A model generated the notes under the pieces. The model was not told where the DNA came from and ran no database searches. It saw nothing but the letters and a program-made list of their open reading frames with translations. A program made the translations under genes and the position numbers. From NCBI GenBank assembly GCA_017410185.1, contig JAFQRI010000101.1, forward strand, positions 357 through 64,356: a DNA stretch of 64,000 nt, written 5' to 3'. Position 1 is the first letter of the stretch; each line of letters starts with the position of its first letter. Positions 28,712-39,122 of this stretch are shown here, piece after piece. The stretch comes from Oscillibacter sp. Its GTDB lineage: Bacteria; Bacillota; Clostridia; Oscillospirales; Oscillospiraceae.

Positions 28712-29938
28712 TCAGGTTCTGTAGTCGCCGTTGATGCGGATGTACTCATAGGTGATGTCGCAGCCCCAGCAGGTGCAGCTGCCCTCACCCTCACCCATGG
28801 TGATGTTGATCTCCACATCATGCTCGGTGAGGATCTTCTTTGCAAGGTCCTCGTCAAAATTCACGCCGCGGCCCTGCTCACATACCATGATGTCACCGGC
28901 AGCGCTGGTAAAGTGGACATCCACCTTGTCGGGGTCAAAGTCCTCGCCGGAGTAGCCCATAGCGCACAGTACGCGGCCCCAGTTGGCATCGGTGCCGAAA
29001 ATGGCTGCCTTGGTCAGGGTGGAGCAGATAACGGACTTGCTGATGGTCTCAGCGGAGAGCTCACTCTTAGCGCCTTTGACGGTGCAGGTGATGAGGTGCT
29101 TGGCGCCCTCACCGTCGGAGGCCATCTCCCGGGCCAGCTGCACGCACAGAGCCTGCAGTGCCTTGAGGAAGGCATCGTAATCCTCGCCCTTTTCGGTGAT
29201 GACGGGGTTGCCGGCCTTGCCGTTTGCCAGAACGATGCAGCTATCGTTGGTGGAAGTATCGCCGTCCACGCTGATGCGGTTGAAGCTCATGTTCACCGTT
29301 TCCAGCAGGGCGGTGCGGATCATTTCGGGAGAGATGGCGCAGTCGGTGGTGAGGAAGCAGAGCATGGTGCCCATGTTGGGGTGGATCATGCCGCTGCCCT
29401 TGGCAATGCCGCCCATGACGACCTTCTTGCCGCCCACCATGGTCTCCACAGCGATCTCCTTTTTCACGGTGTCGGTGGTCATAATAGCCTCGGCAGCCGC
29501 GGCGGAAGCAGCGGGAGAGGCTTCCAGCATGGCAGCAAGAGCGGGGATCCCCTCCTCGATCAGCTCCACATTGATGCGCTGGCCGATGACGCCGGTGGAG
29601 GAAACCAGAACATCCTCCACATCGCAGCCCACAGCCTTTGCGGCAGCAGCGCACATCCGTCTGGCGTTTTCCTCACCCTGGGGGGCGCAGGCGTTAGCGT
29701 TGCCGCTGTTGACAATAATGGCCTTGGCCTTACCGTTTTTCAGGTGCTCACGATCCACATGAATGGGAGCAGCCTTCACCGCGTTTCTGGTAAAGACAGC
29801 GGCGGCGGCGCACTCCACGTCAGAAACGATGAGAGCCACATCCTTCTTGGTGGTCTTGCGGGACTTGACGCCCATATGAATGCCGGCAGCCCGGAAACCC
29901 TGCGCCGCGCAAACGCCGCCTTCAATAAAGTTCAACAT
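28712..29938 (-). CDS. argJ: Ornithine acetyltransferase / N-acetylglutamate synthase
   Basis: NSGNANAC, STGVIG, KGSGMIHPNM, DGDTSTND and DGEGA motifs. Confidence 0.96.
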   Translation of the reverse strand: MLNFIEGGVCAAQGFRAAGIHMGVKSRKTTKKDVALIVSDVECAAAAVFTRNAVKAAPIHVDREHLKNGKAKAIIVNSGNANACAPQGEENARRMCAAAAKAVGCDVEDVLVSSTGVIGQRINVELIEEGIPALAAMLEASPAASAAAAEAIMTTDTVKKEIAVETMVGGKKVVMGGIAKGSGMIHPNMGTMLCFLTTDCAISPEMIRTALLETVNMSFNRISVDGDTSTNDSCIVLANGKAGNPVITEKGEDYDAFLKALQALCVQLAREMASDGEGAKHLITCTVKGAKSELSAETISKSVICSTLTKAAIFGTDANWGRVLCAMGYSGEDFDPDKVDVHFTSAAGDIMVCEQGRGVNFDEDLAKKILTEHDVEINITMGEGEGSCTCWGCDITYEYIRINGDYRT

Positions 29939-29960
29939 GTTTGTTTCCTCCTTGGGGATA

Positions 29961-30881
29961 TTAAAGACTCAGACCTGCGGCTTCATCAAAGCCCAGGACG
30001 ATATTCATGTTCTGCACCGCTGCGCCGGATGCCCCCTTGCCCAGATTATCAAAAAGGGCGGTGACGGTGGTCTGCTTCTCGTGACCACAGACAATAATAC
30101 GCAGGGTATCCTTTCCGGCCAGGGTAGAGGCGTAGATCACGCTCTCATCACCGCCGAGGGGAGCAACGCTCACCATTTTACACGGCGCATAATGGGCGCT
30201 GAGAGCGGCGTGGACTGCCGCAGCGTCAAAGCCGGGGAGCAGGATGGTGGTAGCCATACCCTTATAGAAATCTCCCAGAATGGGGGAAAACACCGGGGGC
30301 TGCTCCAAACCGCACACCGCCTTCATCTCCGGCAGGTGCTTGTGGGTGAGGGTGGTGCCGTAGATGCGGTGGCTTTCATGGCGCACATCCCGGCTTTCAT
30401 CCTCATACTCGGCGATGAGCTTTTTGCCACCGCCGGAGTAGCCGGTGAGGGAATAGGCCGTGAGGGGGAAATCAGCCGGGATCACCCCCGCCTTCACCAG
30501 AGGATATACGCAGGAAATGAAACCCGTTGCGTGGCAGCCGGGGTTGGCAATGCGCTTGGACGAAGCGATGGCCGCTCGCTGCTCCTGCCCCATTTCAGGG
30601 TATCCGTACACCCAGCCGGGGGCTACCCGGTGGGCTGTGGAAGCATCAATGATGCAGGTGGCAGGGTTCTCCACCAGCGTGACCGCCTCTTTTGCCGCCG
30701 CGTCCGGCAGGCACAGGAACACCACATCCGCCTCGTTCATCAGTTTCGCGCGTTCTACAGGGTCTTTGCGCTTATCTTCATCGATCAGCAGCAGCTGGAT
30801 ATCTTCACGGTCACCCAGGCGCTCATAAATCTGCAGACCTGTGGTGCCTTCCTTACCGTCAATATAAATTTTCGGTTTCAT
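29961..30881 (-). CDS. argC: N-acetyl-gamma-glutamyl-phosphate reductase (short type)
   Basis: IDG..GTTGL, DASTAHR, ANPGC and DNLGKGASGAAVQ motifs. Confidence 0.95.
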   Translation of the reverse strand: MKPKIYIDGKEGTTGLQIYERLGDREDIQLLLIDEDKRKDPVERAKLMNEADVVFLCLPDAAAKEAVTLVENPATCIIDASTAHRVAPGWVYGYPEMGQEQRAAIASSKRIANPGCHATGFISCVYPLVKAGVIPADFPLTAYSLTGYSGGGKKLIAEYEDESRDVRHESHRIYGTTLTHKHLPEMKAVCGLEQPPVFSPILGDFYKGMATTILLPGFDAAAVHAALSAHYAPCKMVSVAPLGGDESVIYASTLAGKDTLRIIVCGHEKQTTVTALFDNLGKGASGAAVQNMNIVLGFDEAAGLSL

Positions 30882-30919
30882 AGGGAAACCTCCTTTTCTT
30901 CAGGGCCGCGCCCCGTTGG

Positions 30920-32302
30920 TCACACGCTGTGGGCTTCCACAAAGGCCTCAATAGCCTCGATCTGCCGTGTGGTCTCTGCCACGGCGCTGGCGCCGTAGCT
31001 CGCGCGCAGGAGCATGCAGTTTTCCAGCTTCAGCGCTTCGTAAACATCCTCTTCAAAGAGGTCGGAGGCTGTCTTCAGCTCTTCCAGGGTCAGCTCCTCC
31101 AGCATCTTGCCATGGGCAGTACACAAAGCCACCAGCCGCCCGGTAACGGTATAGGCATCCCGGAAGGGCATACCCTTCTTGGTGAGATAGTCGGCGCAGT
31201 CGGTGGCGTTGATAAAGCCCTTGCCTGCGGCCTTTCTCATATTCTCCGGCAGGACACGCATGGTGTCGATCATGGCGGCGAAGACGGGGATGCAAACCTC
31301 CACGGTGTCAATGGCATCGAAAACAGGCTCCTTATCCTCCTGCATGTCCTTGTTGTATGCAAGGGGGATACCCTTCATCACAGTGAGGAGACTCATGAGA
31401 TCGCCGTAGACACGGCCGGTCTTGCCCCGCACCAGCTCGGCAACATCGGCATTCTTCTTCTGGGGCATGATGGAGGAACCGGTGGCGTAGGCGTCATCCA
31501 GCTCCACAAACTTGAACTCCCAGCTGCACCAGAGGATCACTTCCTCGGCGAAGCGGCTCAGGTGCATCATGAGGATGGAAAGGTCGCTGAGGAGCTCCAG
31601 CGCATAGTCCCGGTCGGACACGCCGTCCAGAGAGTTCATCATGGGAGCGTCAAAGCCAAGAGTCTTGGCGGTCATCCAACGGTCGATGGGATACGTCGTG
31701 CCGGCGAGGGCACCGCTCCCAAGGGGGCACTCGTTCAGGCGCTTCGCGCAGTCCTCCAGACGGGTGATGTCCCGGCGGAACATGGAAGCGTAGGCCAGCA
31801 GATGCTGGGCAAAGGAGATGGGCTGTGCCCGCTGGAGGTGCGTATAGCCGGGCATGACCGCCATCTGGTGCTGCCGTGCCTGACGGCACAGAACCTCTTC
31901 CAGCTCCAGCAGTGCGTCAATAATGACAGGGATCTCCTTGCGGACATACATCCGGAAGTCCACCGCCACCTGATCGTTGCGGGAGCGGGCGGTATGCAGC
32001 CGCTTTCCGGCATCGCCGATACGCTGGGTGAGAATGCTCTCCACATTCATGTGGATATCCTCGTTGTCGGTGGTGAATTCCACCTTTCCTGCCTCGATAT
32101 CCGCCAGGATCTCCTTGAGTCCCGCGGTGATGGCTGCCACATCCTCCATGGAGATGATGCCCTGCGCCCCCAGCATAGCGGCGTGGGCAAGGCTGCCCTC
32201 AATATCCTCCCGGTATAGGCGCTGGTCAAAGGAGATGGATGCGTTGATCTCGTCAACAAGGGCGTCGGTATCCTTGCCGAAGCGTCCGGACCAAAGTTTC
32301 AT
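30920..32302 (-). CDS. argH: Argininosuccinate lyase
   Basis: [25 protein letters not shown] and [10 protein letters not shown] motifs. Confidence 0.97.
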   Translation of the reverse strand: MKLWSGRFGKDTDALVDEINASISFDQRLYREDIEGSLAHAAMLGAQGIISMEDVAAITAGLKEILADIEAGKVEFTTDNEDIHMNVESILTQRIGDAGKRLHTARSRNDQVAVDFRMYVRKEIPVIIDALLELEEVLCRQARQHQMAVMPGYTHLQRAQPISFAQHLLAYASMFRRDITRLEDCAKRLNECPLGSGALAGTTYPIDRWMTAKTLGFDAPMMNSLDGVSDRDYALELLSDLSILMMHLSRFAEEVILWCSWEFKFVELDDAYATGSSIMPQKKNADVAELVRGKTGRVYGDLMSLLTVMKGIPLAYNKDMQEDKEPVFDAIDTVEVCIPVFAAMIDTMRVLPENMRKAAGKGFINATDCADYLTKKGMPFRDAYTVTGRLVALCTAHGKMLEELTLEELKTASDLFEEDVYEALKLENCMLLRASYGASAVAETTRQIEAIEAFVEAHSV

Positions 32303-32386
32303 AGGGGATTATCCTTTCATTGCCGATGCGGGGCGAAGAAAAATTTCTCCGTCCCGCAGTCGCATTTGTTCATTTTTCGTGGGGAT

Positions 32387-33613
32387 TTACAGCTTGCCCT
32401 GCTCTCTCAGAGCCAGCACGGTGTCGGGCAGGCCCCAGAGGTTGATAAAACCGGTGGCGTTGGTCTGGTCATAGCTGCTCTCCTCGAAGGTGACCAGCTC
32501 CTCAGAATAGAGAGACTCGGGAGAAGAGATGGAAGCGGTGATCATGTTGCCCTTGTAGAGCTTGAGCTTCACCGTGCCGGTGACATGCTCCTGGGTCTTA
32601 TCGGCAAAGGCGCTGAGTGCCTCGCGGACGGGGGTGAACCACTTGCCGTTGTAGATGAGGTCGGCAAAGTCCACAGCCAGCTTGGTCTTGAGGTGGGCAG
32701 TATCCTTGTCGAGGGTGATCATCTCAAGGCACTGGTGGGCCTTGTAGAGGATGGTGCCGCCGGGAGTCTCATAAACACCGCGGTCCTTCATGCCAACAAG
32801 GCGGTTTTCCACGATATCGAGAAGGCCGATGCCGTTGGCGCCGCCCAGCTCGTTGAGCTTGCGGATGATATCGCTGCCTTTCATCTTCACGCCGTCCACG
32901 GCCACGGGAATACCCTTTTCAAAGTCAATGGTGACATAGGTGGGCACATCGGGAGCCTGCAAGGGAGAAACGCCCATCTCCAGGAAGCCGGGCTTCTCAT
33001 ACTGGGGCTCGTTGGTGGGATCCTCCAGATCCAGACCCTCGTGGCTCAGGTGCCAGAGGTTCTTATCCTTGGAGTAGTTGGTCTCACGGTTGATCTTGAG
33101 AGGCACATTGTGGGCCTCGGCATAGTCGATCTCCTCGTCACGGCCCTTGATGTCCCACTCACGCCAGGGGGCGATGATGGTCATATCGGGAGCGAAACGC
33201 TTGATAGCCAGTTCGAAACGAACCTGATCGTTGCCCTTGCCGGTGCAGCCGTGGGCGATGGCGTCAGCGCCTTCCTTCTTGGCGATCTCCACCAGTGCCT
33301 TGCCAATGATGGGGCGGGCAAAGGCGGTGCCCAGCAGATACTGCTCATAGCTGGCGCCCATCTTCAGGGAGGGCCAGATCACCTCTTCCACCATCTCGTC
33401 GGTGAGGTCTGCGATGTAGAGCTTGGAAGCGCCGGTCTTGAGAGCCTTCTCCTCCAGCCCCTCCAGCTCGTCATTCTGGCCCACATCGCCGGCAACAGCG
33501 ATGATCTCAGGGTTATTGTAGTTTTCCTTCAGCCAAGGGATGATGATAGACGTATCCAGACCGCCGGAATAGGCCAGCACGATCTTCTTGATGTCTTCTT
33601 TATTCTTTTTCAT
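32387..33613 (-). CDS. argG: Argininosuccinate synthase
   Basis: [23 protein letters not shown] and ENRLVG motifs. Confidence 0.97.
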   Translation of the reverse strand: MKKNKEDIKKIVLAYSGGLDTSIIIPWLKENYNNPEIIAVAGDVGQNDELEGLEEKALKTGASKLYIADLTDEMVEEVIWPSLKMGASYEQYLLGTAFARPIIGKALVEIAKKEGADAIAHGCTGKGNDQVRFELAIKRFAPDMTIIAPWREWDIKGRDEEIDYAEAHNVPLKINRETNYSKDKNLWHLSHEGLDLEDPTNEPQYEKPGFLEMGVSPLQAPDVPTYVTIDFEKGIPVAVDGVKMKGSDIIRKLNELGGANGIGLLDIVENRLVGMKDRGVYETPGGTILYKAHQCLEMITLDKDTAHLKTKLAVDFADLIYNGKWFTPVREALSAFADKTQEHVTGTVKLKLYKGNMITASISSPESLYSEELVTFEESSYDQTNATGFINLWGLPDTVLALREQGKL

Positions 33614-33645
33614 AAGAGTTTCCTCCATTGCTTGTTTGTTTTGAT

Positions 33646-33680
33646 GGGTAAATGATACACCAAGTCTGCATAAATATTCA
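33646..33680. promoter_or_regulatory. Tandem ArgR (ARG) boxes
   Basis: TGCATAAATATTCA (33667-33680) plus a weaker GGGTAAATGATACA 7 bp away, upstream of argG. Confidence 0.75.
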
Positions 33681-33872
33681 ACCGTCATCTTATACAACTT
33701 TTTCCTGTTTTTTTGGTATAATATGGTTTGTTTTCCATAGTTTACCGTTTTCGTTGGAAATCTGACGAAAAAAATTTACCGGTCCCCCCGAGGGAAACCG
33801 GCAAATAGGTATGACTTTACTACAAAAAAGTTCTATACAGAAATGATTGAATATTCATCTAACTCTGATATT

Positions 33873-34988
33873 TTATGCATCCCAGAGGCCGCCTGCATAC
33901 CGCTGCTCCAACGCTGCGAGCCTTTGGCGGAGCCGCAGCTTTCCAAAGGCCCACGCGCGCACACTGTCCAGCGCGGTGCAGAGGGCATAGATCCCAAGGG
34001 CGGTGGCGAGCACTGCGGCAGCAAGCTTCAGCGTACCGTAAGAACCAAAGGCCGTGAGACGGTTTGTCATAAAATGGAGCCACACCAGAGGATGCACATG
34101 GATCAGATACACGCTGAAGGCCAGCGGCGAAAGCTTTTGGATGGGCTTCTCCCCCCAGCGGGGAACCGGCAGCTTCGTAAAGAAGGCCAGCAGACTTACC
34201 GCCGCAAGAAGAATTGTGGGGGAGGTGTAGCTCACCAGAATACCGGCAGAGCGGTAGCCACCGCCAAAATTTGTCCAGCCCCATTCCACCGCCAGCTTTT
34301 CTCCCCACGTCACCAGCACGCAGGCAAGATACACTGCCAGAGCTTTTTTGCAGCTCACACCGTCAAAAAGGCCGTATTTTCGGATATAGGCGCCGAGGAT
34401 ATACAGCAGCGCCAGCCACAGCGGGCTGTATCCATCCACTGTAAAGAACAGGTCGCCGGGGAAGATGGGCAATACCTGAGTTTGAAACACTGTGGGTACC
34501 ACAGAAAAAATCATCACAATGCTGATGACTATGGCACGCATCTGCCGCCGGGGCATGTTGTTCACCAGAAAATTAAAGGCAGGGATGAAGAAAAACATGC
34601 AGAAATAGGCGGTAAAATACCAGTAGTGGTTGGTGGTTGCAGGAAAAAGCGCCCGCAGCAGCGTCCACTCCCCCACCGTGCCGGGAAATTTCACCAAAAA
34701 GAACAGGGGAATGAGAATGGTATACCACGCTGCCTGACACCAGATCAGCGCGAGATTTGCATAGCGAAAGCGGCTGAACACCCCCACATAGCCGGAGATC
34801 AGCGCATAGCAGTTCACCGCGCAGAAGGCCGCCGTTTCCAGCAGCCACGCCGTCATATAGTCAAGAGAGAGGGGCATGGCAGAGGCAAGGACCCCCTGCT
34901 GCCCCAAGACATGGAGCACCACCACGCCCAGCATGGATGCCATGCGCAAAAGATCCAGCCCCAGATTTCGTTTTGTTGCAACTTCCAT
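33873..34988 (-). CDS. Acyltransferase family 3 (OafA-like) membrane protein
   Basis: RNLGLDLLR...H, AVNCYALISGY, YWY and VYLIH motifs. Confidence 0.88.
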   Translation of the reverse strand: MEVATKRNLGLDLLRMASMLGVVVLHVLGQQGVLASAMPLSLDYMTAWLLETAAFCAVNCYALISGYVGVFSRFRYANLALIWCQAAWYTILIPLFFLVKFPGTVGEWTLLRALFPATTNHYWYFTAYFCMFFFIPAFNFLVNNMPRRQMRAIVISIVMIFSVVPTVFQTQVLPIFPGDLFFTVDGYSPLWLALLYILGAYIRKYGLFDGVSCKKALAVYLACVLVTWGEKLAVEWGWTNFGGGYRSAGILVSYTSPTILLAAVSLLAFFTKLPVPRWGEKPIQKLSPLAFSVYLIHVHPLVWLHFMTNRLTAFGSYGTLKLAAAVLATALGIYALCTALDSVRAWAFGKLRLRQRLAALEQRYAGGLWDA

Positions 34989-34990
34989 TT

Positions 34991-36349
34991 TTACACCATC
35001 TTTTCCGGCCGCACCGTTTCGTCAAATTCCTCTGCCGTCAAAAGTCCAAGGCTCAGCACCGCTTCTTTCAGCGTAGTGCCATCCTGCAGGGCCTTTTTAG
35101 CGCACTTTGCAGCGGCCTCATAGCCGATCTTCGGCGTGAGACAGGTCACCAGCATCAGGGAATTGCTGAGGTTTTCCGCCATTTTTTCTTCATTGGGCAC
35201 GATGCCCTCCACGCAGTTTGTGCGGAAGGACTCCATGGCGTCTGCCAGCAATCGGCAGGAGAGCTGGAAATTATAGGCGGAAACGGGCAGAAACACATTC
35301 AGCTGGAAATTGCCCTGACTTGCCGCAAAGCCGATGGCGGCGTCATTGCCCATGACCTGCACCGCCACCATGGTCACCGCCTCACACTGGGTGGGATTCA
35401 CCTTTCCGGGCATGATGGAGCTGCCCGGCTCATTTTCCGGGATATACAGTTCCCCCATGCCGCAGCGGGGGCCGCTGGCCTCAAAGCGGATGTCGTTGGC
35501 GATCTTCATCAGGTTTGCCGCAAGGGCTTTCAGCGCACCATGGGCGAAAACCAGAGCGTCCTTGGAGGTGAGGGCGTGGAATTTGTTCCTGTCGGGCCGG
35601 AAATCCACGCCGGTAAGGGCCCGCAGATGGCCGCAGACCATTTCATCATAGCCCTCGGGTGCATTGAGGCCGGTTCCTACCGCCGTGCCGCCGATGGCAA
35701 GGCACTTGAGCTCCTCCAGCGCAGTGCGAAGCATCCGGCAGGGAGCGGCAACGAGCTCCCGCCAGCCAGAGACCTCCTGCGCAAAGCGGAGGGGGGTGGC
35801 GTCCTGCAAATGGGTGCGGCCGATGCGGATGAGATGGGGGTACTTTTCCTCCAGCGCTGCAAAGGAAGCCTCCAGCCGCTCGGCAGCCGGCAGCACCTCA
35901 TTCACAACGCTCAGCGCCGCCGCGATATGCAATGCGGAGGGAAAGGTATCGTTGGAGGACTGGGAGGCATTCACATGGTCGTTGGGGTGGAGCTTCACGC
36001 CACGCTCGCCGGCCAGATGGGCGATGACCTCATTGACATTCATATTGGTCTGGGTGCCGGAGCCGGTCTGCCACACCACCAGAGGAAACTCATCGTCCCA
36101 CTTCCCTGCCCGGATCTCGGTGCAGACGGCGGAAATGGCGCGCACCTGCTCCTGCGTGAGCTTTCCTACCTCAGCATTGGCAAGGGCGCAGGCCTCCTTG
36201 AGATAAGCAAAGGCGGTGATGATCTCTTTGGGCTGGCGCTGGCCGCCGATGCGGAAATTCTCTTTGCTGCGCTGGGTCTGAGCGCCCCACTTCCGCTCTT
36301 CGGGAACGGCGATCTCGCCCATGGTGTCATGCTCGATGCGGTAATTCAT
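34991..36349 (-). CDS. fumC: Class II fumarate hydratase
   Basis: [30 protein letters not shown] and [11 protein letters not shown] motifs. Confidence 0.96.
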   Translation of the reverse strand: MNYRIEHDTMGEIAVPEERKWGAQTQRSKENFRIGGQRQPKEIITAFAYLKEACALANAEVGKLTQEQVRAISAVCTEIRAGKWDDEFPLVVWQTGSGTQTNMNVNEVIAHLAGERGVKLHPNDHVNASQSSNDTFPSALHIAAALSVVNEVLPAAERLEASFAALEEKYPHLIRIGRTHLQDATPLRFAQEVSGWRELVAAPCRMLRTALEELKCLAIGGTAVGTGLNAPEGYDEMVCGHLRALTGVDFRPDRNKFHALTSKDALVFAHGALKALAANLMKIANDIRFEASGPRCGMGELYIPENEPGSSIMPGKVNPTQCEAVTMVAVQVMGNDAAIGFAASQGNFQLNVFLPVSAYNFQLSCRLLADAMESFRTNCVEGIVPNEEKMAENLSNSLMLVTCLTPKIGYEAAAKCAKKALQDGTTLKEAVLSLGLLTAEEFDETVRPEKMV

Positions 36350-36359
36350 CTCATTTCCT

Positions 36360-36401
36360 CCCTCATCCGGCGCTGCGCGCCACCTTCCCCCGGGGGGAAG
36401 G
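36360..36401 (+). repeat. 42-bp REP-like palindromic repeat, copy 1
   Basis: CCCTCATCCGGCGCTGCGCGCCACCTTCCCCCGGGGGGAAGG; near-identical inverted copy at 56745-56786. Confidence 0.8.
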
Positions 36402-36444
36402 TATTTTTGTAATATTATACCACCCGCAGACAGAGATGCAACTA

Positions 36445-36477
36445 AAAATCCCCCCGGGCACGAAGCCCGGGGGGATC
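36445..36477 (-). terminator. Terminator of the S-layer gene
   Basis: ATCCCCCCGGGC...GCCCGGGGGGAT stem with a T run on the minus strand. Confidence 0.8.
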
Positions 36478-36518
36478 ATTCGGCTATTTAAGCGTTTTCA
36501 GCTTTTCTGTGTGAGAAA

Positions 36519-38888
36519 TTACTCAGCGTCAGCGGGGAAAGCCATGACAGCGCCCTTGTACTGGAAGATCTCAACAGCGTCGCCCTCGGAGTCGAGGATA
36601 ACGACAACGTTCACGCCCTTCTTCAGGGTGCCAGCAGAGATCTTGTCAGCATCCTTGTTCAGCTGATAGACGGCGCAATCCTCGGCCATCTCCAGATCCT
36701 CATCACCGATCTCGAAGTACTCGCCGTCAACGAAGGTGACCTCGCCGACAACGATGTCCTCAGAATCAGCAGACAGAGCCTTGACGGTGGCGATATCGTC
36801 CTCGTCGACCTCGATCTCGTACAGGTAGCTGGTGACCAGCTCGTCAGCCTTCTCGGCAACGATGTAGGTCTCCTTCTCGCCAGCGACATAGAAGGTAGCC
36901 TCGGTGCCGTCAGCGGTCTCCTCGCCCAGCTCGACGAACATAGCGACGTCGATGGTCTCAGCGTCCTTCTCGTACTCCTTGGCATAGTTGTAGACAGCAA
37001 CAACGGTCTTGCCGTCCAGGATGACCAGAGCGTTGGCCAGGGTCATCTCGGGCATATCCTCGCGGCCGGTGTAGGTCTCATAGACGCCGTCCTTGTCCAG
37101 CAGGACCAGCTCGGTGTCAGCGTTGGCGCGCAGGCCGTTGGCCCAAGAACGGGCGTCGGAAACCTTCAGCTCGCCGAAGTCCTCCTCGGTCAGGCAGATC
37201 ATGCCATCGTGCTCCTCGAAGGAGTACCAAGCGTTGGTCTTAACCTTATCCTCGAAGTCCTCAACGTCAACTTCCTTGCCGTTGAACTCGAAGACGAACT
37301 CCTCGTCGTCGTTCTCGAAGACGCAGTAGTCAACAACCTCGGTCTCACCGTCAACGTACATGACCTTGATCTTGGCGGCGGGATCCTCAGCCTCCTTGAA
37401 CAGGCTGCCCTCGGCACCCTCGTCCAGCTCAGCCTTCAGAACGTAGACATACTCCTTATCCTCGTCCTCGTCGTCCTTCTCAACCTTGCCCTCGACAGCG
37501 TCGAAGATGATGCCGTTGGCATCCAGATAGAAGGTGTAGTCCTTGTCGAAGTCGAACTTCAGCTCGGTGAAGTACTTCTCGCCGTCAACCTTGATGTAGC
37601 CGGCCTTCTTGGACTCGACCTCGCCCTCAACGGTCTCGATCTCGTCGAAAGCAACAGCCTTGCCGTCCTCGTTGATGGTCAGCAGGACAACGTCGTCCTC
37701 CTCGAACTCACCGATGGCCTTGTAGGTCTTGCAATACTTGCAGTTCTTGTCGTCGCACTTCTCGAAGGCGTCAACATAGGTGTACTCGTCCAGATCCTCG
37801 AACTCGTAGATGGCAGAGATGCCGACCTCGTACTCGTGATCCTCTTCGTCGATGTCGTCGTCAACAGAGACGATGACGTCCTTAGCGTAGGTGTAGGTGA
37901 TGTAATCCTCAACCTCGTCATCCTTGTCCAGCCACAGCTCGACAACGGTGCCGATGGCGATCTCAGCCTTCAGGGTGGTGCCGGCCTCGATCTCGTCCTC
38001 GAGATCGTAGTCCTCGACCAGCTGCTCCAGAGCAGTGGCGTCTTCCTTGGCCTTGTAGGTCTCGGTAGCGAACAGGACATAGTCAGCAGCCTCGTAGACA
38101 ACAGCGGTGTCGTCGTCGCCGTCGGTCCAGTAGAAGCCCTCGCGACCGAAGTCGTCGTCCTTGGCCTTCTTCTCCAGATCGTAGGTGTCAACGATCAGGG
38201 TGTCGCCGGTGGGCTCATACTTGCCAGCGCCGCTGGTCTCGATAACGACCTCGCCGACAGTGATGGTCATGCCATCGTTGCCCTCGGGATAATGGACCTC
38301 GTCAGCCTTCATAGCGTTGAAAGCGTACAGAGCAGCCTCCTCACGGGTAACGGGGTTGTTGCCAACGAACTTGTCGTTGCCCTTGGTCAGCTCGACCTTC
38401 TTGTTCAGCTTGGTGACGCCCAGGCTGTAGTTAGCGCCGGTCAGGCCCTCAGCAACAGCGTCGTAACCCAGAGCGCAGAACAGCATCTTCAGGAACTGGA
38501 AGCCAGTCAGCTGAGCGTTGGGAGCGAAGGTGCCGTCGCCCATGCCAGCGATGATGCCGGACTGAACGCCCTCGGCAACATAGCCGGCGGCCCAGTTGTT
38601 GGCAGCAACGTCAGCGAAGGGAGCTGCGGTAGCAGTCAGCTCAGCGGCGACGTCGGGGGTCAGGGTCAGGGAAGTGATGATCTTGGCAGCCTCAGCACGG
38701 GTGAGAACCTTGTTGGGCTGGAAGGTGCCGTCGGGATAGCCCTCGATAACACCGATCAGGTTCAGAACTTCAACGGCCTCAACATACTGGATGTCCTCAG
38801 CGTCGTCGAAGTCCTTGGCGCCAGCGCTGACGGTGACCAGGGACATGGTCATAACCAGAGCCAGAACCAGAGAAAGGAACTTCTTCAT
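36519..38888 (-). CDS. S-layer protein (N-terminal SLH domains)
   Basis: Signal peptide; SLH motifs GVIEGYPDGTFQPNKVLTRAE, GIIAGMGDGTFAP and VTREEAA; very acidic body; strongly biased codon use. Confidence 0.9.
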   Translation of the reverse strand: MKKFLSLVLALVMTMSLVTVSAGAKDFDDAEDIQYVEAVEVLNLIGVIEGYPDGTFQPNKVLTRAEAAKIITSLTLTPDVAAELTATAAPFADVAANNWAAGYVAEGVQSGIIAGMGDGTFAPNAQLTGFQFLKMLFCALGYDAVAEGLTGANYSLGVTKLNKKVELTKGNDKFVGNNPVTREEAALYAFNAMKADEVHYPEGNDGMTITVGEVVIETSGAGKYEPTGDTLIVDTYDLEKKAKDDDFGREGFYWTDGDDDTAVVYEAADYVLFATETYKAKEDATALEQLVEDYDLEDEIEAGTTLKAEIAIGTVVELWLDKDDEVEDYITYTYAKDVIVSVDDDIDEEDHEYEVGISAIYEFEDLDEYTYVDAFEKCDDKNCKYCKTYKAIGEFEEDDVVLLTINEDGKAVAFDEIETVEGEVESKKAGYIKVDGEKYFTELKFDFDKDYTFYLDANGIIFDAVEGKVEKDDEDEDKEYVYVLKAELDEGAEGSLFKEAEDPAAKIKVMYVDGETEVVDYCVFENDDEEFVFEFNGKEVDVEDFEDKVKTNAWYSFEEHDGMICLTEEDFGELKVSDARSWANGLRANADTELVLLDKDGVYETYTGREDMPEMTLANALVILDGKTVVAVYNYAKEYEKDAETIDVAMFVELGEETADGTEATFYVAGEKETYIVAEKADELVTSYLYEIEVDEDDIATVKALSADSEDIVVGEVTFVDGEYFEIGDEDLEMAEDCAVYQLNKDADKISAGTLKKGVNVVVILDSEGDAVEIFQYKGAVMAFPADAE

Positions 38889-39032
38889 AGGATGTTTGCC
38901 TCCTTATAAATTTTCGCGATCCGATGATTTGGATGGGGCATCACCCGCTCCAGAATTTATGTCGGGGCTAGCCGATTCCCACATCAAGCCTGGAATTGGC
39001 TCTGCCTTCCCCGCAGCATCGTTCGCAAGCAT

Positions 39033-39061
39033 AATCTACCAAATCCGGAAATGTTTGTCCA
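39033..39061 (-). promoter_or_regulatory. Promoter of the S-layer gene
   Basis: TGGACA-17 bp-TAGATT with a TG extension, implying a ~140-nt 5' UTR. Confidence 0.55.
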
Positions 39062-39122
39062 GTGGTTTGACCCACTTGTAATTTGTTTGAGAAACAGCGT
39101 GCAGCTCCGCTTTCTTTTGGTT

